A program made the position numbers and the translations under genes. A DNA stretch of 64,000 nt from Rhodospirillales bacterium (GTDB lineage: Bacteria; Pseudomonadota; Alphaproteobacteria; Rhodospirillales; Casp-alpha2). The stretch spans positions 262,625 to 326,624 of the forward strand of contig JAEPQO010000001.1 of assembly GCA_017640505.1 (NCBI GenBank), given 5' to 3'. Below the pieces are notes generated by a model. That model saw only the letters and a list, made by a program, of their open reading frames with translations, was not told the DNA's origin and ran no database searches. How positions within the stretch are numbered: the first letter of the stretch is position 1; every line of letters starts with the position of its first letter. Shown here one piece after another: positions 56,700 through 64,000 of the stretch.

Positions 56700-58136
56700 T
56701 CATCCGACTGCGGTTCCGCCGACGGTCAAACCATCGATCCGGAGCGTCGGCTGGCCGACACCGACCGGCACGCCCTGGCCGTTTTTGCCGCATGTGCCGA
56801 TGCCGGGGTCAAGTTCAAGGTCGTCACCAACCATCGTCACCTTGGTCAGCACGTCGGGGCCGGAGCCGATGAGAGTGGCGCCCTTGACCGGCGTGGTCAC
56901 CTTGCCGTTTTCGATCTTGTACGCCTCGGTACAGGTGAAGACGAACTTGCCGTTGGTGATGTCGACCTGGCCACCGCCGAACGACGTGGCGTAAAGCCCC
57001 TTGTCGACGGACGCGATGATCTCTACCGGGTTCTTGTCGCCGGCCAGCATGTACGTGTTGGTCATACGCGGCATCGGCATGTGTGCATAGGACTGCCGCC
57101 GCCCGTTGCCGGTCGAGCCTTCACCCATAAGGCGCGCGTTCATGCGGTCCTGCATGTAGCCTTTCAAAATGCCGTCCTCGATCAGCGTGGTGCAGGACGA
57201 CGGCGTGCCTTCATCGTCGATGGTGAGCGAACCGCGCCGGTCCTGGAGCGTCCCGTCATCGACCACGGTGACGCCGGGCGATGCCACGCGCTCACCGCGG
57301 AGCCCCGCAAACGCCGATGTCTTTTTACGATTGAAATCCCCTTCGAGGCCGTGACCGATGGCTTCGTGCAGCAGGATGCCGGGCCAGCCCGATCCCAGCA
57401 CCACAACCATCTCACCCGCTGGCGCTGGTTCGGCTTCCATGTTAACGCGCGCCTGCCTAAGCGCCTCGTCGACCGCCGGTTTCCATGTGCCGGGCTGCAG
57501 ATAGGCATCGAAGTTCACGCGCCCGCCAATCCCGTGCGAGCCCATTTCCATGCGGCCGTCCTTTTCAAGAACGACCTGCACGTTGAGGCGCACCAGCGGG
57601 CGAATATCGGCGACCCGCATGCCGTCGGCACGAATAATCTGCACCGCTTGCCATGAACCAAGAACAGATGCCGTCACCTGCTTCACCTCGGGATCGAGGC
57701 CGCGGGCATAGGCATCCATCTCGGCCAAGAGCGCGACCTTGTCTTCAAACGGCACGAGCGCCAGCGGATTGTCGTCGCCGTAAAGCGCACGGTTGGTCTG
57801 TTGCAGCGGCACGGCAGCGGCACCGGAATGGCCGTGCGTCACGGCGCGGACGGTGTCGGACGCACGCGCCAGTGCCTGCTCAGATAGTTCCGAAGCATGC
57901 GCATAACCCGTCGCCTCCCCCGAAACGGCACGGAGGCCGAAACCCTGCGCGGTATCGAAACTGGCGCTCTTGACCCGGCCGTCATCGAACATGATGGATT
58001 CGGACTGCCTGTATTCCAGGAAAAGTTCGCCGTCATCCGCGTCCTTCAGTGCGTCGCCGGTAATTTGCTCCGCTTTTTCCCGGCTGAGATCGGTGCCGGT
58101 AAAGAACAGGTTGTCGGTCTGTGTGAGATCGGTCAT
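56700..58136 (-). CDS. tldD: metalloprotease TldD
   Basis: 478 aa. HEAIGHGLEGD zinc motif and the conserved C-terminal GxC...G pattern. Confidence 0.93.
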   Translation of the reverse strand: MTDLTQTDNLFFTGTDLSREKAEQITGDALKDADDGELFLEYRQSESIMFDDGRVKSASFDTAQGFGLRAVSGEATGYAHASELSEQALARASDTVRAVTHGHSGAAAVPLQQTNRALYGDDNPLALVPFEDKVALLAEMDAYARGLDPEVKQVTASVLGSWQAVQIIRADGMRVADIRPLVRLNVQVVLEKDGRMEMGSHGIGGRVNFDAYLQPGTWKPAVDEALRQARVNMEAEPAPAGEMVVVLGSGWPGILLHEAIGHGLEGDFNRKKTSAFAGLRGERVASPGVTVVDDGTLQDRRGSLTIDDEGTPSSCTTLIEDGILKGYMQDRMNARLMGEGSTGNGRRQSYAHMPMPRMTNTYMLAGDKNPVEIIASVDKGLYATSFGGGQVDITNGKFVFTCTEAYKIENGKVTTPVKGATLIGSGPDVLTKVTMVGDDLELDPGIGTCGKNGQGVPVGVGQPTLRIDGLTVGGTAVG

Positions 58137-58237
58137 TGGCTTGCCTCAGGGTTTCCGCTAAAGACGGGGCAACGAATTGCGCGTCTTCCTTTAATATAGT
58201 GACGATAATGCGCAATGACGAGGTGGAGTTCCGGTAA

Positions 58238-59533
58238 ATGGCCTTTGAAGAACACCCGTTGCGGGCCGAATTGACGGCAGAGATGAATGCACGGCCGCAT
58301 GCGGTGATTGCAGCGCCGGCGCAGATCTCTCATATCGTCTGCGTCACCGGCGAAGAAACAATCGAGGCGGATCTCGAACACCTGAAAACCCTGTGTCAGG
58401 CCTTCAAGGTTTCCGCGCCGGCAGCCTCGGCATCGCAGTTCGATGCCGACTTCGGGCCGTTCCGGCTGAAGTGGGAGCGTCACACCGAATTTTCCGCCTA
58501 TACGCTGATCAAGGAAGGCGGCTTCGATCAACCGTTTAAGGGCTGCCCGGTCGGAGAGGTGCCGTCGGACTGGCTGGACAACTTGCCCGGCAAGGTATTA
58601 ACAGCGGTTCATATCGCCATCGAGACCGGCGCGACCCCTGAACGGACGGGCGCGGACCTGGCGGGATTGTTCGATAATAATTCCGTCGTCGGCGGTAACG
58701 TGGCCGAGAATCGCGCCACCGTGTGGACGGATTATCAGCTTCACACGGATGGATTCCTGCGTTTCCTTGTCCGCAACTGTGATATGAGCCCGTCCTCGCT
58801 CGGCCGTCTCGTGAAGCGTCTCTGCGAGATGGAAACCTATCGCATGATGGCGATGCTGGCACTGCCGCCGGCACGTGAAGCGCGCCCGGTCATTGCCGGA
58901 CTGGAACAGGACCTTTCCGATATCCTGCAGACGCTGGCCTTCAGTGACGGCACTGATGACGAACAACGGCTGTTGCAGCTGTTGTCGAAGGTTGCCGCCG
59001 AAACGGAACGCACGTCCGCGTCCCTCAACTACCGCTTCAGTGCATCGCGCGCCTATGAGGAATTGGTAGCAGAGCGTTCGGATGCGATGCGTGTCGAACG
59101 CATCACGGGAATTCAACCGTTTACCGACTACGTCATGGCGCGTTTTGCGCCGGCGATGGAAACCCGCGACAACCTGACGCGCCGCATCGAGACACTCAGC
59201 CGCCGCGTTGCCCGTGCCAGCGACCTGCTGCGCACCCGCGTTGACGTCGCGCTCGAAGCGCAGAACCGGGACCTGCTACAGTCCATGGACCGGCGGGCCA
59301 AGCTGCAGCTTCGTCTGCAACAGACGGTCGAAGGGCTCTCGGTCGTCGCCGTGAGCTACTATTTGTTGGGCCTTCTCGGATACGTCGTCAAAGGCGTCCA
59401 CGACTCATACGATCTCGGTTTTGATACGGATGTCGCATTGATGGCCCTGTTGATCCCCGTTGTCGCGGTCGTCTGGTGGGGCGTGCACCGGGTGAAGGAT
59501 GCCGTCATGAAACCGAAGGGCGGAGGCGACTGA
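58238..59533 (+). CDS. DUF3422-like membrane-anchored protein
   Basis: 431 aa. HPLRAELTAEMNARPH N-terminus, two C-terminal TM helices. Confidence 0.55.
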   Translation: MAFEEHPLRAELTAEMNARPHAVIAAPAQISHIVCVTGEETIEADLEHLKTLCQAFKVSAPAASASQFDADFGPFRLKWERHTEFSAYTLIKEGGFDQPFKGCPVGEVPSDWLDNLPGKVLTAVHIAIETGATPERTGADLAGLFDNNSVVGGNVAENRATVWTDYQLHTDGFLRFLVRNCDMSPSSLGRLVKRLCEMETYRMMAMLALPPAREARPVIAGLEQDLSDILQTLAFSDGTDDEQRLLQLLSKVAAETERTSASLNYRFSASRAYEELVAERSDAMRVERITGIQPFTDYVMARFAPAMETRDNLTRRIETLSRRVARASDLLRTRVDVALEAQNRDLLQSMDRRAKLQLRLQQTVEGLSVVAVSYYLLGLLGYVVKGVHDSYDLGFDTDVALMALLIPVVAVVWWGVHRVKDAVMKPKGGGD

Positions 59534-59580
59534 CCGCAGGGCCTGGCCGTCTTTAAGTGCGGCCGGGCTGAAGGAATGCC

Positions 59581-60051
59581 ATGCCACTCAAGTACAAAGT
59601 TCTGCCGGAACAAAGGTTACTGGTTGGTGTGTTTCACGGCACGCTGCCACCAGACGAATACATGGGTGGGATCGACGAACTTGGCCAGAACCCTGCATTC
59701 GAGCCTAACTTTGACCGGCTCGGCATCCTTCACAACGACCTTGATCTTTCCATGTTCGGGCTTAAGGAGTTTCGGGCAATCCGAGACCGGATGGCGCAAA
59801 CTTACTATGGCGGCAAACCGCCGCAGGATAAGGGAAAGTCATCGTACCGCATCGCGGCGGTATCGATTCCGTCGATCAACGATACGATGCTGAAGCTCTA
59901 TACTGCGACACTAGCAACCAGCTTACTGTCAAAGGTGTCGATGAAGATCTTTCCAGAGCTCGGCAGTGCTCTCCGGTGGCTTGGCCATGACAATCTGATT
60001 GAAGACTTCCAAAGCCGGGACTGGATCGACTTCATGAATGTCCGCCCATAG
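59581..60051 (+). CDS. hypothetical protein, paralog of 62365-62832 (STAS/SpoIIAA-like size and pattern)
   Basis: 156 aa. Shares MPL..(R/K)(I/V)LP...L..G...G......M.G.I......P.F..N.DRL......DLD.S, YFGG..PQ.GKG and AL.WL blocks with the second copy. Confidence 0.45.
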   Translation: MPLKYKVLPEQRLLVGVFHGTLPPDEYMGGIDELGQNPAFEPNFDRLGILHNDLDLSMFGLKEFRAIRDRMAQTYYGGKPPQDKGKSSYRIAAVSIPSINDTMLKLYTATLATSLLSKVSMKIFPELGSALRWLGHDNLIEDFQSRDWIDFMNVRP

Positions 60052-61137
60052 TCACGACAGGGCAAACCTGACGCACGCCACTGGCGGCAGCCGACAGTCG
60101 GGTGCAGACCAGTTCTCTCCGCCGTCTTCCGACACCCAGAGCCCGCCACTGGTCGAACCGAACGCTAGGCGTTCACCCGTATTGTCGATATCCAGCGCGT
60201 GTCGGTACACCAGGTCATACGCGTGCCGGTCGGGAAGCCCTCTGCCGATCACCTCGAACGTTTCGCCGCCGTCGCGCGTTCTGGAGACGACGACTTTGGC
60301 ATCGACGGGGAACCGCTGCTCGTCCTTGATCGCGGGCACAAACCAGGCGGTTTCCGGATCCGTCGGATGGGCGACTACGGCAAAACCGAACCCGGACGGC
60401 TTCGCATTGTCGAGGGGCGCCCACGTGTGACCGTGATCGGTGGAGCGATAGATTTTGGAATGGTGCTGACACCAAATCACGTTCGGGTGCGCCTTGCAGT
60501 GCGCGAGCTGATGGATATCCTGCGCAATCGGATCGTGGCGTTGATCCGGCGGCATGTACTCGTTGTCGAAACCCGCGCCGATATTCGTCCAGGTATTGCC
60601 CTCATCTTTGGTCTGCCAGACGCCTGCGCAGGAAATACCGAGTGTAAGTGTCTTGGGGTTCGAAGGGTCGACCAGAACAGAGCTCAGCCCCGGCTGTTCA
60701 CCGCCGGCGACACCCATCCATTTCAGCCGTTCCGGCATACGCCAAAGGGGCTCGTTGAGAGACCAGGTAACGCCACCGTCGTCGGATCGGAACAGACCGC
60801 CCGGCATGGTGCCCGCCCAGAGGGCCCCGTTGCTGCCGGCAGGCGTGAAGTTCCATATGCGCCCGACCGACCACGGATGCGGATCGTCCACCGCATCTTC
60901 CGGTTTTGCGGGGAACGCCGGCGTTTTCACCTCCAACCAATCGCCGTCGCCTTCGCGGCGCCAGAGCTTTGGCCCGAAATGCCCAAGATCAAGCGCCGCC
61001 AACGTGACGCCGCCGTCCGCAAAAACGGCTGACACCGGTTCACCGAGAAACTTCGTTTCAACGATGTCCCAGCCGCTGCCGTTTCGGCCCAGAACGAACA
61101 GTCCCTTGCGTGTTCCGACATAAATGTTTTCGCCCAT
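60052..61137 (-). CDS. BNR/Asp-box repeat beta-propeller protein
   Basis: Repeated S-x-D-x-G-x-(T/N)-W boxes (SDDGGVTW, TKDEGNTW, STDHGHTW, TRDGGETF, SEDGGENW); 361 aa. Confidence 0.75.
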   Translation of the reverse strand: MGENIYVGTRKGLFVLGRNGSGWDIVETKFLGEPVSAVFADGGVTLAALDLGHFGPKLWRREGDGDWLEVKTPAFPAKPEDAVDDPHPWSVGRIWNFTPAGSNGALWAGTMPGGLFRSDDGGVTWSLNEPLWRMPERLKWMGVAGGEQPGLSSVLVDPSNPKTLTLGISCAGVWQTKDEGNTWTNIGAGFDNEYMPPDQRHDPIAQDIHQLAHCKAHPNVIWCQHHSKIYRSTDHGHTWAPLDNAKPSGFGFAVVAHPTDPETAWFVPAIKDEQRFPVDAKVVVSRTRDGGETFEVIGRGLPDRHAYDLVYRHALDIDNTGERLAFGSTSGGLWVSEDGGENWSAPDCRLPPVACVRFALS

Positions 61138-61151
61138 GGTTTCCTCTTTCG

Positions 61152-61421
61152 TTAACCGCCCGAGAGCGCCTGGAATATGTGAATCTCCGCCTCCGCCGTT
61201 ACACCGCCTGAAAGATTGCTCCTGTCCTTCAGCTGCACCCCGTCGACGAAGACTGCGACATGCTGGCGAACCGCGCCCTGGTCATCCAGAATGTACCCGC
61301 GAAGCTGCGGATTATCCCAGAAGACACAGTCGAGGATCTCGCCCAGGGTTGCTCCCTCGACACTGACTGTCGGCGCGTCGACGAAACGGGCGAGCTGATT
61401 GGTGAAATGTACCGTCGGCAT
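61152..61421 (-). CDS. MoaD/ThiS-like ubiquitin-fold protein ending in Gly-Gly
   Basis: 89 aa from ATG 61421. The C-terminus is ...EIHIFQALSGG-stop. Beta-grasp-like pattern. Confidence 0.65.
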   Translation of the reverse strand: MPTVHFTNQLARFVDAPTVSVEGATLGEILDCVFWDNPQLRGYILDDQGAVRQHVAVFVDGVQLKDRSNLSGGVTAEAEIHIFQALSGG

Positions 61422-61429
61422 GCCGCCCG

Positions 61430-61891
61430 TCACTGTTTCGCCGAAGCGTTGAATAGCGCCTCGAGACGGTCGAAGCTGACCGTCCAGCCTTCACCATGAC
61501 CGGCACACATATCCGCTTCGTCAAACGTGCCATGACGGAACGACATGTGCGTTTTCCCGCCATCTTCACTGAGATCGATCGTAACGACGGTCTCCGACCC
61601 TGCAGCACCGTTTTCAACCCACCAGGTAAAGGAGAGGTGCGTCGGTTGGTCGATCTCCAGATACTTTCCGACAATCACGTGGGATGAATCATCATCAAGC
61701 GTCATCGCGGCTCTAAACTGCCCGCCGACGCGCAAATCGGCACTGACCTCGATGTGCTTCATGTACCCGCAGCCCCACCATCGCGCCATGTGCTCCGGTT
61801 GAGTCCACATCTTGAAAACAAGCGCACGCGGCGCATTGAATGTCCGCTCGATCGTGAGTACGCGGTTCGAAACGTCAGTGTTCGCGTCCAT
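61430..61891 (-). CDS. SRPBCC (AHSA1/START-like) family protein
   Basis: RVLTIERTFNAPRALVFKMWTQPEHMARWWG is the typical SRPBCC N-terminus. ATG 61891 lies 6 nt after GGGAG. It overlaps the arsR stop. Confidence 0.8.
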   Translation of the reverse strand: MDANTDVSNRVLTIERTFNAPRALVFKMWTQPEHMARWWGCGYMKHIEVSADLRVGGQFRAAMTLDDDSSHVIVGKYLEIDQPTHLSFTWWVENGAAGSETVVTIDLSEDGGKTHMSFRHGTFDEADMCAGHGEGWTVSFDRLEALFNASAKQ

Positions 61892-62219
61892 CGTCATCTC
61901 CCTTTTGAATGTCTTCCAAGTACGCGTCGAGCCTGTCGAAGCTCTGCGTCCAGAATTCCCTGTAGCGTTCAATCCAGTCATTTGCGTCCTTGAGCGGTGC
62001 CGCATTGAGCCGGCACGGCCGCCATTGTGCGTTCCGTCCCCTCTCGATCAGTCCGGCGCTCTCCAGCACCTTCAGATGCCTCGATATCGCCGGCATCGAG
62101 ATATGAAAGGGTTCAGCCAATTCCTTTACCGTCATTTCGCCGCCGGCCAACCGCGACAGGATGGCGCGGCGGGTCGGGTCGGCAAGTGCGGCAAAAGTAT
62201 CGCTCAGCGTGTCATACAT
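61875..62219 (-). CDS. ArsR/SmtB-family transcriptional regulator
   Basis: FAALADPTRRAILSRLAGGEMTVKELAEPFHISMPAISRHLKVLESAGLI. Confidence 0.9.
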   Translation of the reverse strand: MYDTLSDTFAALADPTRRAILSRLAGGEMTVKELAEPFHISMPAISRHLKVLESAGLIERGRNAQWRPCRLNAAPLKDANDWIERYREFWTQSFDRLDAYLEDIQKGDDDGREH

Positions 62220-62223
62220 TTAT

Positions 62224-62255
62224 TTAACCAGTTGATTAATTAATTAACACGTTAA
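62224..62255. promoter_or_regulatory. candidate ArsR operator(s)
   Basis: Perfect palindrome TTAACACGTTAA (62244-62255) and imperfect TTAACCAGTTGA (62224-62235) in an AT-rich stretch immediately upstream of the arsR ATG. Confidence 0.4.
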
Positions 62256-62364
62256 TAATGGTCGCGACCTGCGTTGTCAATACCGTGAATGCCGATAGTT
62301 GAAGTACGGTTGGTCTCGGCTAGATTAGATGGCTAATTTGGTGACTGTACCGGAGCGAGTTCCG

Positions 62365-62832
62365 ATGCCTCTGACCATGCGCATTCTTCCTCACAGATCA
62401 TTGGTTATCGGATCAATGCGCGGCCGCATTACGCTCGACGATATGCAGGGGTCGATCCAGGACTTTGCACGGCATCCGGATTTTCGGCTAAACCTCGACC
62501 GGCTTGTGCTCGCATATGACGATCTGGACATATCGGACTCGTTCCTGAAGAACATGTTCACGATCAAGGAAGAGATGGTCGCCGAATATTTCGGGGGCGA
62601 TATTCCGCAAATGGGAAAGGGGCCTCTGTACAAGACCGCGATCGTTACATCATCGACCGGAAATGAGCTGATTACGCGGCTTTTTCAGGCCGTCCTCGAT
62701 GCCGACATGCCGTCGGTCGTCGCACTCAAGACCTTTCGGGAACTGCATGACGCACTGTCGTGGCTGGACCGTGCGGACCTGCCGCAAGAAGAGCTCGAGC
62801 CGGAGCTCGGTACATTCCTGACCACGGATTGA
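62365..62832 (+). CDS. hypothetical protein, paralog of 59581-60051
   Basis: Start trimmed to ATG 62365 (MPLTMRILPHRSLVIG...). About 30% identity by eye to the first copy. Confidence 0.45.
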   Translation: MPLTMRILPHRSLVIGSMRGRITLDDMQGSIQDFARHPDFRLNLDRLVLAYDDLDISDSFLKNMFTIKEEMVAEYFGGDIPQMGKGPLYKTAIVTSSTGNELITRLFQAVLDADMPSVVALKTFRELHDALSWLDRADLPQEELEPELGTFLTTD

Positions 62833-62964
62833 GCCATCCCACGATTGCAAATGACTTGTCACGGGACGGCTCCTCTCATATAAACGCTTCTCACGTGGTG
62901 ATTTGTCCGACCGGCTTGCGGCCACGTTAAATAAACCCGCTAAAAGGTCTCGGTTCGACGAGAC

Positions 62965-62990
62965 CCCTGGCGTGGACGTCAGGGTTTTTT
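62965..62990 (+). terminator. intrinsic terminator / attenuator upstream of metZ
   Basis: CCCTGGCGT-gg-ACGTCAGGG followed by T6. It is preceded by hairpin GGTCTCG-gttcga-CGAGACC (62946-62965). Confidence 0.6.
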
Positions 62991-63023
62991 ATTGGACCGG
63001 GGCCCCAGATTTGGAGGCTCCAG

Positions 63024-64000
63024 ATGAGCAGCAAAGATAATTCCCAAAACTCGTGGCGTCCGGCGACACAACTTGTCCGTGGCGGCACGGCCCGTTCCCC
63101 GTTCGAAGAAACCTCGGAAGCGATCTTCCTGACGTCCGGATACGTCTACCCGACGGCCGACGAGGCGGAGCTTGCTTTCAAGGGCGATAAGCTGCGCTAC
63201 ATCTACTCGCGATACGCCAATCCGACACTCAATATGTTCGAGCAGCGCCTCGCCCTTCTTGAAGACACGGAGTATTGTGTTTCGACATCGAGCGGCATGT
63301 CGGCGGTATTCGCAGCTCTTGCTTCACAGCTCAAGGCCGGCGACCGGGTTGTCGCATCGAAGGCGCTTTTTGGATCTTGCCTATATATTATCGCGGATCA
63401 ACTGCCCAAGTTTGGGATCGAAACCGAGCTTGTCGACGGCACGGACTACGAGGCCTGGGCAAAGGCGCTTTCGAAACCGGCAAATGTCGTATTTCTCGAA
63501 ACCCCGTCCAATCCGTGCCTTGAGGTGATCGATATCGCCAAGGTATCCGAACTGGCGCACACCGCCGGGGCTAAGGTCGTCGTCGACAACGTTTTCGCAA
63601 CACCCGTGCTTCAGCGCCCGATCGCACTCGGCGCCGATATCGTCGTCTATTCGGCAACCAAGCACATCGACGGACAGGGTCGCACACTGGGCGGTGCCAT
63701 CCTGACGAACGACCAGGAATTCATCGAGGACCACCTGACGCCGTGGATGCGTCATACGGGGCCGGCACTTTCGCCGTTTAATGCCTGGGTTCTGCTCAAG
63801 GGCCTTGAGACTCTCGCTGTCCGCGTACGCCAACATTGTGACAACGCGGCAAAAGTCGCGACGTTTCTCGAAACACATCCGAAGATTGAAAAGGCCATTT
63901 ACCCCGGTCTGAAAAGTCATCCGCAGCACAATCTCGCACTGGCACAGATGAGCGGTCAGGGTTCCAGTCTCGTTGCATTCGAGATCAAGGGCGGAAAGGC
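63024..64000 (+). CDS. metZ: O-succinylhomoserine sulfhydrylase (3' end outside window)
   Basis: Not in the ORF track because there is no stop in the window. GGAGG lies 6 nt before ATG 63024. Translation MSSKDNSQNSWRPATQLVRGG...YSRYANPT...SSGMSAV...YSATKHIDGQGR shows Cys/Met-metabolism PLP family motifs with the PLP lysine. Confidence 0.85.
   Translation, partial: MSSKDNSQNSWRPATQLVRGGTARSPFEETSEAIFLTSGYVYPTADEAELAFKGDKLRYIYSRYANPTLNMFEQRLALLEDTEYCVSTSSGMSAVFAALASQLKAGDRVVASKALFGSCLYIIADQLPKFGIETELVDGTDYEAWAKALSKPANVVFLETPSNPCLEVIDIAKVSELAHTAGAKVVVDNVFATPVLQRPIALGADIVVYSATKHIDGQGRTLGGAILTNDQEFIEDHLTPWMRHTGPALSPFNAWVLLKGLETLAVRVRQHCDNAAKVATFLETHPKIEKAIYPGLKSHPQHNLALAQMSGQGSSLVAFEIKGGK

Noticed and set aside
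40750-56700. att-like direct repeats or terminal inverted repeats bounding the phage-like cluster.
   Set aside because: I compared 40750-40865 with 56473-56700 by eye and found no shared segment of 12 nt or more. The only local oddity is a trivial tandem GTCGGACAT-GTCGGACC at about 40823-40839. A proper alignment would be needed to exclude short repeats.
1-64000. CRISPR arrays, rRNA genes, IS elements or transposases, retrons or reverse transcriptases, and known defence-system ATPases or nucleases.
   Set aside because: I saw no regularly spaced repeats, no rRNA-like sequence, and no DDE, serine or tyrosine recombinase or RT motifs in any credible ORF of the window.

Overview
High-GC alphaproteobacterial chromosomal window (gcrA, plant-type gshA, thrS-infC / rpmI-rplT-pheST, tRNA-Arg-CCU). 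About 1-40.8 kb and 56.7-64 kb are ordinary housekeeping and metabolic genes: LPS-type glycosyltransferases, translation genes, a GntR-linked FAD/Fe-S oxidoreductase with a divergent aminotransferase/crotonase/CoA-transferase operon, BCAT, ubiA, rsmE, gshA, GSTs, regulators, pip, a NUDIX hydrolase, methylmalonyl-CoA mutase, tldD, a DUF3422-like gene, an ArsR-SRPBCC-MoaD-like-BNR operon and partial metZ. The stand-out is 40.87-56.62 kb, a 15.8-kb all-minus-strand T7-like podovirus morphogenesis cluster (portal, scaffold-like, capsid, gp11-like and gp12-like tail tubular proteins, large terminase). It sits directly between housekeeping genes and has no recognisable integrase, replication, lysis, internal-core or tail-fibre genes in the window. 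The cluster has two paralogous sigma70-type promoter plus conserved-leader modules, and intrinsic-terminator-like hairpins in front of most cassettes. An AT-richer insertion separates the capsid and tail modules. It carries a small family of proteins with a peptidoglycan-binding-like N-terminal module: two intact, one broken by an in-frame stop, plus a 5'-truncated frameshifted remnant elsewhere in the cluster. Each intact copy is followed by a different unknown gene, an effector/immunity-like layout. I read the cluster as a candidate domesticated (GTA-like) or long-resident defective podovirus element with moron cassettes. All homology calls are by-eye motif recognition, since no searches were possible. 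Many long ORFs in the six-frame track are GC-driven antisense shadows and were not called.
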